20,000 nt of DNA from Moniliella sp. 'wahieum' (Eukaryota). Location of the stretch: contig RSEE01000117.1 in assembly GCA_003971905.1 (NCBI GenBank), positions 172,593 through 192,592 of the forward strand, written 5' to 3'. The notes below the pieces were generated by a model. That model saw only the letters and a list, made by a program, of their open reading frames with translations. It was not told the origin of the DNA and ran no database searches. Shown piece after piece: positions 1 to 9,053 of the stretch. The translations under genes and the position numbers were made by a program. The first letter of the stretch is position 1, and each line of letters opens with the position of its first letter.

Positions 1-814
1 TGCGCTGGACCAACTTGTGAAACCGGGGCCAGAGCTCGACACGGCGCACGCGGAGCAGACTGGCCACGTGCTGGAGGCCGCGCGAAGCGAGGACCTGAGG
101 CGCCTCGCTAAACGCTTTGAGAAAGCCTTCCTGGTTCTCGTCGCGAAAAGACGGATAATGTAAGCTTCCGTGCTGCCCTGCTCAAGCGTTCGGCATGGAG
201 CACAACAAGGCCAGTCACCAGCTCGGTCGGAAGCACCTTGCGCAAAATGTCGACACGATGATCTGGCTCGTGGCCGAGACCAAGCCGCCGTTGAGGTAGA
301 GTTGGCGCCGTTTGCTCTCGCCCTTGGCTTGGTCCACAATCTCCATCCCACCGGCGCCGAACGCCAAGCGTCAAGAGTTCCTCCCGATCGACGCTTCCTC
401 CTCCGCATTCGCACCCACCAGCAACACGAGATTGGACGGTGCATCGTAAATGCGTAAAATCGTCGACACCACCCGTCGTAGCCCCAGCCCAGGCGCCATG
501 ACCACCAGCGCATTCTCCTCGTCTTCGTCCCCACCACTGCCTCCTCCTCGTCGCCCGAGCCAGGGATGAGGGAGGCAATGATGGCCCGGTGATAGGGCAG
601 CAGCACGGCTCTCTTGCCGCCTGCTGCATCGCTTGCTCCCCCCTGCGGGTCGACGAGCGGCTGCGAGTTGAGCGGCACGGCGGGGGGAAGGGAGGGCTGC
701 GGGAGGGGCTGCGCGGGCTGGCGTGCGCAGGTGGCGGTGGCGGTGGTGATGACGGGGCGGTGGCGAGGGCGATGCGGGGGCAGGAGAAGGCGAAGGCGAA
801 GACGCTGCCTCCAT
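1..814 (-). CDS. RAD1: DNA repair endonuclease XPF/Rad1/Rad16 (ERCC4), N-terminal helicase-like region; partial (continues beyond base 1), frameshifted in this sequence
   Basis: Stitching minus-strand frames gives LLPYHRAIIASL..ENALVVMAPGLGLRRVVSTILRIYDAPSNLVLLVGANAEEEASIG..VDILRKVLPTELVTGLVVLHAER..ENQEGFLKAFSEAPQ..LLRVRRVELWPRFHKLVQ. This matches XPF-family motifs (GLGL, TGxxVLHAE, GFLKAFS, LWPRF). The start codon is uncertain; ATG at 814 is the best guess. Confidence 0.9.
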
Positions 815-1241
815 CTCTACCCACGCCGCCGCCGCCTTCTCCCACTCGCTCTGGCCCGACGCTGCGCCTGGGCGGCCATGGCGAGAGCAGCCCAAGTCAG
901 TCGTCGCAGCAGGCAGACTCCGTAAAAACTAACTCTACTCACTTGGCGTCTGGCCAGCCGGTGCTTAAAGTGCAGCTTAGGTAAGCGGCAATCCTCAGCG
1001 TAAGCGTCGTCATCGACTTCTCATCCGATCTGTTTCGGCTTCTCTGCGCCCCCGACGCTCCGTCCGTCGTCCTGTCGGGTGGAGGTGTGGCTACGAGAGC
1101 CTATGGAAGTGGATGCAGCTGGGGTCATTCCGGGCAAGAAATAGCATGTGGGAGCAGTAGAGCGGCAGACTAACGGGGCAACAACGCCAACAGCAGCAGA
1201 GGGATTGTCCGCAGAAAGAGTACTAGTAGGCAGAGAGCGGA

Positions 1242-2538
1242 TTAGGCAATGGTGCGAATCACCTGGTCAAACGCCTGCGCCACATACTCCACGTTCGACC
1301 CGTTGAGCCCGGCCATGGAGATGCGGCCGTTGGCGGTGAGATAAATGTGGTGCTGGTCCACCAGCGCCTGGCACTGGCCCGGCGTCAGCCCCGTAAAGCA
1401 AAACATGCCAATCTGCTTGGTGATGCGACCAGTCGGTGGCCGCGGCCGGCGCGGGCGTCTGTCGCCGTTCGAGCGCGGCGCGCAACGCGGTGCGCATATC
1501 TTGGATCCGGTACGACATGCCCGCCACGTCCTTCTTCCACTGCGCAAACACTCGGGCTGGGTCAGGAGACGCTGCACCACCTGCGCGCCGTACGCGGGCG
1601 GGTTGGAGATTTCGCTGCGACGAGGGTGGAGAGCTGCGACTTGACCTGCGCCGCGTGGCCCGGCGAGACGACATGCAACGCGCCAATCCGCTCGCCATAC
1701 AGCCCGGCGTTCTTGGCAAAGCTCTGGCACACCAGCAGCGGAATGTCGCGCGCTGGACAAAGTGGCGCACGGCCCATGCGTCGGCATCCAGGTCGCCCGA
1801 CGCAAAGCCTTGGTACGCACTGTCGAAAACGCAAAGTGGCGCTTGCGCGCAAACACATCGGCAATCGTCGTCCACTGCGCTCGCGTCGGGTCAACGCCGG
1901 TCGGGTTGTGCGCACATGCATGCAACAGAAACACGCTGCCGTCCGGCGCAGCTTCCAGCGTGGCCAGCAACCCTCGTCCAGCCCAATCGTCTTGGCGTCG
2001 TAGTAGACATAGTCAATCGGCCGGATGCCGGCCTGAGCCAGAATGGCCTTGTGGTTGGCCCAGGTGGGGTTGGAGAGGTAGACTGCTTGATACCGTTGGG
2101 GAAGGCGTAGAACTTGGACAAGAACAGCGCCCCCAGATGGTTCGCGCCCGTGCCCGAGATGGTCTGCACCGTCGCGACCCGGCCTTGGGCCAGGGCAGCA
2201 CTGTCGGACCAAACACCAGCTGGCCGCGGCGGCAGTGAACGCGGGCAAGCCCGTGATCGGCAGATACTCGTGGTTCAGCGCCGGGTCCTCGAGCCACGCG
2301 CGTGTCGCGGCCTGCACACTGGGCAAGACATAGGGCCGGCCCTGGTCGTCGCGGTACGCACCGACACCAGGTTGACCTTGGTCGGCGCCTTGTCCGCCGC
2401 GTACCCGGCGCTCAGCTTGAAGATGGCATCGGGCGGCGCCTGGGGCACGTCGGTCCACGCATCGAAGCTCGCCACGGGCTCGGCGGGCGCGGGGGGGCGG
2501 ATGTGGTTGGTGATGGCATTGAGGCGATCGCTGGCCAT
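1242..2538 (-). CDS. AAT2: Aspartate aminotransferase, cytosolic/peroxisomal type (class I PLP-dependent); apparently intronless, several frameshifts
   Basis: Motifs across frames: [16 protein letters not shown](G)[96 protein letters not shown] (PLP lysine), [39 protein letters not shown] at 2538, TAA at 1242-1244. Confidence 0.95.
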
Positions 2539-5500
2539 GGCGGGGGGGTGAGATTGGATGGCGGAAGAAGGGAGGGGCGGGGGGGGGGGGTTTAACGTTT
2601 AAGGCGGTGTGTGCTGGGGGTGCTGGAGACGGAGACACGCACACGTCCGCTCGCCTGGCCACGGGCCAAAATGCTCTGACTCTGCTGAAACCAGCGGCGA
2701 GTGCGCAGATAAGACACACGCCGCACGGGGGCAGTACAGCCCGCGCCCCTTGCGGCCCGCGGCGTGCGAGCAGCCGCCGGCAGCCCAGCAGTGTCCTGCG
2801 CGGCTTGCCCATGCGAGACACGCACGCCAGGCAGCCCAGCAGCTGCGGCAGTCCAGCGCACGCCACGGCCAAACACGCACCAGGTCCGCGCGCACCCGGC
2901 CAGTGTGCAGCGCGTCACACTGCCCCTGTGCGTGGCGCGTGCTGCAGCGGCAGGGGCAGGGGCGGCGGAGCAGGGGCTCAGCGCCACCAGCGTCAAGCCA
3001 AGCGATGCCCGCTGCCACTGTAACGCAACATTAGACGTTCGGCGGCGCGCAGTCACCATCCACACCCAAGTGCGTACAACCCGTACCCGTCGTCGGCAGA
3101 CGCGGGGCTGCTTGCCCGTGCCCCTTTGCAAACACTTGCTACGGAGTCTTTGCACTTCCCTCCTGCGCTCCTCCTCCTCGCGGGCCTTGGCTTGCTGGCT
3201 TGGCTTGCTTGGCTCTCGGCTGGCGCGTGGGCAGCCCAAATGCCTACGACTGCCCTCTCGACCCAATCATTGTGGCCTTTTGCCACCTCCTGTCTTCGCT
3301 TTCCTCCTCCAGCTGCCCAGGGGCCAGTCCCCTTCGATCCACCCCGAGTGTGCGTGGGGCCAGTGTGCCAAGGGCTGGTGGCGCGTGGTACAGTGGGGCA
3401 TGGCGCGTGGCATGGCTTGTGCATCAGCAACGTCCCCGGCTTTGGCCGGCAGGCACACCGAGCCGGGAGAGCATGCGTGCACCTGTTGCTCCGAGTCCTC
3501 AGGCCTCATTATTGCACCATCGACCATTGATCACATCGATATCAATATCAATTGGGCAACTCAGCCGGTGGGGGTGCAGCCTAGGACGTTGATGCGCACT
3601 GAAGACCCCACAAGGGAGCCTTTCAGCAGAACGCCACGTTGGGTCCTGTAATGCTGTATGGAATGTGCGTAGTTGTCGGCGATGGATGGATGCTCGGGTA
3701 CGTTTCTCCAACGACCGGCTGCCGTCTACGTTTTGTGTGGTCGTTGGACGCCTTTTGCCGGGAGAGGTTGGCTGGGCGGAGCATGATGGTGGCGTTCAAC
3801 GTGCCAGAGAGAGCTGCTCACCCGATGCCCAACGCAACAGAATACTCCTAGCCTCTCATCGACCTCGTTACTGACTGGCCCACTACGTGCACTCACTCAC
3901 TCAGATTCAATGGGCAACCAAGTGGACTCTCCAACCGTCGCGGAGACGAAATTATACTTAAGAGGCACAGGCGACTCGTCCTCCCAGAACATCCCTTACC
4001 TTCTCCTGTCCCTTGTCGACCCCACATCCGATCTGGAAAGGGTTGTTGTTGTCATATTTTCTCTTCCTGCTCATACTTACCTCCCGCACCAGCCGTGGGC
4101 CCCCCTCCATCAGACTTCCAAACTAGAAGATCTGCGTTCATTCATACACACGATCTTCTATAGTTCATACCGTGCCTCGGACCGTTTCTTCTTGGCGCAT
4201 ATATCTGCTACCCCCCCCGTTCTCAACTTGCTCGTTGTGTCGGATCAAGCAAGTCAAAATTATAATGCCTCCTAGGGGGGTGGCCGTGGAGAGAGAACTA
4301 ACCCGGGTGCACCGTCACTAGCCACTACGTATATAGAGCCCCTCTACTGCTTTTTTCTCCGTCCACAGTGTTGCGAGGGGCGTGGGGATTCGATAAACAC
4401 CAGAGCAACCAATTGTAGTAGTAATCATCAGCGATACGTTGATCTCAATGCGATGGGATGCCAACTCTTCAAGTTTACGAGCCCCTGATGGAAACACTAG
4501 CAGGTCAGATCGGTTCCATCGTTGCGGTTGGGGTCGGGTACTGTGCGCCCTCCCACCGGCCACCCTCATCTGTGGAGCACGACGAAAGATGCCAAAACCA
4601 GACGGCGAAACACATCTGTGCGCCATATGAACCACAGTTGGAGAGTACTGAGGCCTGAGGTGAGAGCCAGCAGCATCACCGTCGAGTCGGACAGCAGCGC
4701 GCAAGCGCTGGGATCGGGACTGGGATTCAATGAGGCACAAAATCTTACGGCTGGTCCGTCGACTTGCAAGTCAATCGAGGAGGAATCAGGCGTTGGGAAC
4801 TGTGCCTCGTCTCTACGGCTTGGTGAGTCAATGGGATATGTATTGCAAAAGGGAGGCTCTGCGAGTCGTGCTGTGATCTGCAGGTTCGAGTGGGAAACAT
4901 TCCATTCCGTCGGTTTCGAGCTTGCCTTTAACCGTAGCTATTAGTACGATATAAGAGGCTCCACCAGGGGCCGGTAAGACCTGGGGGTTTTCCTGGCCGT
5001 ATGAGTGGCTAAGGGAACGTGGCCAAGCCTCGTGACCGCACTGGCTCCTGAGTACCGCCTACTGAGTCCTGATGAGGTACGTGCGCCCCACTCCACTGCA
5101 CAATGCGATGCGTTCAACACACTACCCAGCCTTGCCGTTCTTGACAACCACCTCCACTAAATAGTACCATGGGGCGAACAGAGCAATTCTTAGCGGTGGA
5201 TCGCACGGATCCGTAAAGAACTTCACTTTTTGTTGAGGTGGACTTTGACCCCCCCCCCCACCCGCTCTGTCCTTTGACCCAACCCGTCCCCCACATCGCA
5301 CTCACGGTGCTATATATACCCACTCAAACTCCTTCTCCCCCACTCTCCCTCTCCTCTCTGTCCTTTTTGTCCGGGGGGGTATGGTCTCCCGCTGTGCTCG
5401 TCGCACCACGCTCATCCCTCTTAACCCACTGTATGACGGACCTCCTGCCCAACCTGCCCAACCTACTGGCTCTATACCGACCTCGACCGGGCTGTGGCCC

Positions 5501-6112
5501 ACCGGCTATCATGTCCGATCTGTAACATGCCCAGCAACCTCATTCCTCCTGTGGCCACACGCACCGATTGGGGATCCTATACCTACCCCCCGGCGCGTGT
5601 CATTCCTCGCGTCTGCTCGCACCCGCGGCAGGCGGATTGGGAGTGCGCGTTGGCAGAGTGGAGGGGGGGAAGGAGGCAACAAAACATAAGGCCACTTGAA
5701 AGCAATCATAAAGGGGAAGGAAAACGTGCGATGGGCTTCTCACTCGCTCTGATCTGATCGAGCGTTGGGGCCAAGAGCCGCCTGGTGATCCGGCTCACAC
5801 AATGCGGAGCAAGGAGCAGATGAGAACAGGAAAGTGTGCGAGGTGCAAGGTGCGGGGTGCGAGGGGTAGGAGGGTGCGGAGACGACACCCGACTGGTGCC
5901 AGACGTGCTAGGTGCTCTTACCGCTATGTACCGCCAGCATCGAGTCCCACCTATACGCCTAGTAAAAACCTGCAATCACAGAGCTCCCCCTACCACGCCA
6001 AACAAAAGCACGGAAGAAGGAAGGGAATCGGGGGCCGGCCAAGTAACGCCCGGTCCGGCGGGGGGTCCTGGCCTCCGGCCTCCGGCCTCAGGCCGGTGCT
6101 CGATCGTCGAGC

Positions 6113-7736
6113 TTACTGCATCTCGGCACTGGCACTGGTGTGCGCATGGTGGCGCTGCCACCAGGCGCGTTCGTGGCGGAAGAGGTTTGGACGTAGACGT
6201 AGGCCCAGCCGGTCTGGGCCAGCAGGACAAAGAGTAGCAAGGCCCATACGGGTGCCCAGGAATGCGCCAGGATGGAAACAAAGTGTTTCCCCTGGTTCTT
6301 GATCACCACCACCAACGCCACCTCGGGTCCGAGCAGCATGACGAGCGGCACGGAAATGCCCCATACAGCACGGTGACCATATGGCGAAACGGCGGCTGGC
6401 GTGCCACCGACGCGCGAACGAGTCCCGAAACAGCATGCCACCACCACCATCGACCGCGGTCAAGTCGGGCCAGATGTAGGCCAAACCAGGGAGGAGCGGA
6501 GCGTGGCGCGCATGGCCCGAGATGGCCACGGGCGATCGCCAGCCCAGAGCGGACGCCAAGTTGAACAAGCCAAACGCCAGCCCGATAAAGGCAAAATGAT
6601 AGGAGGACTCAATGCCATCAGAGGCCAGTTGCCATAGTTGCCATCCAAACACGTGCCTAGGAGCAAGGTCGTTGCGCCGGCCAGGATGCCCCCGAGAAAG
6701 GCCCATTGGAAGATATCCCAGCACTCAAACGATCGTCGGATGCGTCGGCGCAAGCGCGTCCACCTCCCTCGTTGACTTCGTGCCGCGTGGTGAGAAACGC
6801 GCTGTTTTTCCGGTAGCACTCCCACCAGCGCCAAAACCATTGCGGGATCCTGCGTGCACACGCGCGGGGTCAGCACACCCAACAAGCAAAGCGAAACGGA
6901 AAAAAGCAAAGCAAAGCAAAGCAAAGCAAAGCAAAGCAAAGCAAGCAAAGCAAAGCAAAGCAAGCAAAGCAGCAAAGCAAAGCAAGCAAGCAAAGCAAAG
7001 CAAAGCAAAGCAACACAAAGCAAAGCAAAGCAAAGCAGACTAGACGACACCATGCCGCTCGGTTCCATTCAAGGGACGGATACGTTACGCACTGCAAAGT
7101 CCCGAGGGTCGCCGTCGTTGCACCATACAAAACTGTGGCAGAAGGAAAGTCAGGCACAGGCAACTCCCAGTCAGCTGATCCAATCGTTCCACAGAGAGAA
7201 ACGCGAAACGAGGAGAGGAGAGGAGAGGAGAGGAGAGGACTGGGGAGGGATGCGTACTGCTGTTGTCGCCACGGGCAATGTGGTCCGTATCCCCATGGTA
7301 GAGAAGGACGTAGAAGATAATGTTGGGCAGATGGCATTGAAAAAGACCAGGGCCAAGACTGTGGGAGGCCAGCACGGTGGGTGTCAGCAGGGGGACGGTG
7401 GCGCAGGAGGGCGAGAGGGGGGCATACGCACTGTTCAGGCCAAAGGACAGACGACGGGCACGCCAGTCGTAGTTGAGACTGGGCGGTCGCGTCGGGTCGG
7501 ACTCGCCAGGCTGGCGGCACGGCTGGAGGGCACAGGGCGGGTCTTATCGTCGCTTTCGAGATCGGTGCGCGAGGCGGGCGGCTCAGCGTCGAGCACGACG
7601 AGATGGGGCTCGAGGATGCGCATGCTGTGCTCTTCGGGCGCGGGCTTGAGGCTGTGGAGGAGAAGGCGTCAGAGGGGGTGAAGGCGGAGGCGGAGGCGGT
7701 GGTGGTTTGGCTGAACGCGGGCGCGTGGCCAGGCAT
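6113..7736 (-). CDS. Uncharacterised fungal multi-pass membrane protein; 3 exons (7736-7258, 7132-7084, 6849-6113), frameshifted
   Basis: Two GT-AG introns splice in phase to give ..LPNIIFYVLLYHGDTDHIARGDNS-ILYGATTATLGTLQCVT-IPQWFWRWWECYRKNS... This is followed by WDIFQWAFLGGILAGATTLLLGT, AFIGLAFGLFNLASALGWRSPVAIS, PGLAYIWPDLTAVDGGGGMLFRDSFARRWHASRRF and two or three more hydrophobic segments. I recall the D..AVDGxGG..FR....R...S..F motif from a conserved fungal hypothetical membrane family. Start and stop are inferred. Confidence 0.75.
6850..7083 (-). other. Spliceosomal intron 2 of the membrane protein gene (234 nt), containing a microsatellite
   Basis: GTATCC donor at 7083, GCTGAC branch site near 6870, CGCAG acceptor ending at 6850. 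The AC|G join keeps the frame open. Confidence 0.75.
6886..7037. repeat. (GCAAA)n / (TTTGC)n imperfect pentanucleotide microsatellite
   Basis: Directly visible tandem aagcaaagcaaagc... with GCAA variants. It generates the spurious LLCFA and AKQSK ORFs. Confidence 0.97.
7133..7257 (-). other. Spliceosomal intron 1 of the membrane protein gene (125 nt)
   Basis: GTACGC donor at 7257, (CTCCT)n pyrimidine tract, CTGAC branch motifs, CACAG acceptor ending at 7133. Splicing preserves the frame. Confidence 0.8.
7211..7239. repeat. (AGGAG)n pentanucleotide microsatellite, in intron 1
   Basis: Visible aggagaggagaggag... tract. Confidence 0.9.
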
Positions 7737-8071
7737 GGCGCGGGGGGGGGGAGGAGAGTAGTGTGGTGAGTGGAGAAGGTGGTGGTGGAGATGGTAGTGG
7801 TGGTGGTGGTGGCGATGGCGATGGCGATGGCGATGACAATGCCATTGACACTCCCAATGGCCATGGCGACGCGGATAATACCCAACGCGCAGAGTGCTGT
7901 GGTTGGGCTGGCAGATGGATGGGACGCTGGCCCATGCGGTAGTGCCTGCGGCCACGGCGCCAGTGTGCAGGCCCAGCGCCGCTGCCCCACACTGGGCCTC
8001 GGCTGCGAGCACCCACGCAGGGCGGCAGGGGGGCAGTGTTTTGTTATAGCGCCTGCTATCAGGCGCAGGAT

Positions 8072-8124
8072 TATCCTCATCATCGACATCATCCTCATCC
8101 TCATCATCATCATCATCATCATTA
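8072..8124. repeat. (CAT)n imperfect trinucleotide microsatellite in the divergent intergenic region
   Basis: Visible atcctcatcatc...catcatcatcatt tract. Confidence 0.85.
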
Positions 8125-8862
8125 TCCAGGCCTACCCTACGTATTTCCTGCCCGCCATGCGTTGCTTGTCCACACACCTCTTCTGCTCGCGCCCCATGTC
8201 CTCCGCCCTCCCCGCCACATGCGCGAAGACACGTGTTGTGCGCCTTGGCCTCCTCCATTCATGCCCCCCTCAGCACGCCCTCGCCTATCCTCGGCATCCT
8301 CCGCTTGTCCATCACGTGGACCAGACTAACCTATTCCACCCATCGGCTGTTTCAACACGGCTGGGTCCACCGTTCTGCCAAGCCCCCGACGAAGCCACAC
8401 TGGCAGGAATCATTAATCGCATGCCACACTCCCACCGTCCTAGACAGATCCTTCTTTGGCTTTTCTGGCCTGCGTGTTGCCATGTTGCCATCTGCTCAGC
8501 CAGGTTCGTTTTTTCTGTGACGCTGCGCCACAAACGCCAACGCCAGCACTCCCAAACCACAGTATGTAGTGTGCACAGCACTCCGCATTCTCTCGCCTCT
8601 TGCCTCCTCTCCTCTCGAGAATGGGTAGCGCAGCGTCTCGCGCAGACTTCTGTCTCATCCAACGGGCGCGTCGAGTAGTCGCCTCCGCTGGCCATCGACA
8701 GCCTCTGTTGGGTTACCGGTTATCCTGGCCGCGGCTGGATGGGCAGCTCGCACTTCCCACGACAGGGACAGTGCCCCCCCCTGCACCAGCCGCGCAGCAC
8801 AGGCGCAGTGTCCCTTCACGCCGTCGCTCTCCCCCTCTCGAAAGCAGGGGGCTAGGGTTGTG

Positions 8863-8968
8863 TGCCACGTGGCCCGGCAGCAGCCAGGCACGGGCGCTGT
8901 GTGGACCGTCGGCCTGCGGGGGACGTTGGCGCTGCGCTGCGCCCCCCTCTGAAACAGGTGCCACGTCA
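8863..8968 (+). promoter_or_regulatory. Two UPRE-like bZIP sites: TGCCACGTGG (8863-8872) and TGCCACGTCA (8959-8968, reverse complement TGACGTGGCA)
   Basis: Both motifs are visible about 190 and 90 nt upstream of the HAC1-like ATG. They match the XBP1/Hac1/Cib1-type UPRE core (TGACGTGG / TGCCACGT). Confidence 0.6.
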
Positions 8969-9053
8969 CCGCCTTTCTCTTTCCCCGCCCTTTTCTTTTT
9001 TTCTCGCCACCGCCACCGCCACCGCCACCGCCATCGTCACTCCGCCCACCCCC

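Noticed and set aside
1215..1244. Possible cryptic PTS1 by stop-codon readthrough of AAT
   Set aside because: The stop is TAA-TCC rather than TGA-CTA, and the extension does not give a nearby SKL-like terminus.
3707..3748. 10-bp hairpin TCCAACGACC..GGTCGTTGGA
   Set aside because: Isolated, with no recognisable ncRNA motif; roughly expected by chance in 20 kb.
3497..4660. 12-bp inverted repeat CCTCAGGCCTCA / TGAGGCCTGAGG as possible transposon TIRs
   Set aside because: No target-site duplication, no transposase trace, and the length is compatible with chance.
5030..5130. LAPEYRL peptide followed by a GTACGT donor as a hydrolase exon
   Set aside because: Flanked by stop codons, with no further supporting motifs.
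5069..5180. CTGATGAG, the hammerhead ribozyme core
   Set aside because: No stem II followed by GAAA, and no matching stems I/III nearby.
6886..7037. CRISPR-like or other prokaryotic repeat system
   Set aside because: Simple tandem repeat without spacers, in an intron-containing eukaryotic context.
6460..7681. LLCFA-repeat and AKQSK-repeat ORFs
   Set aside because: Translations of the intronic (GCAAA)n microsatellite.
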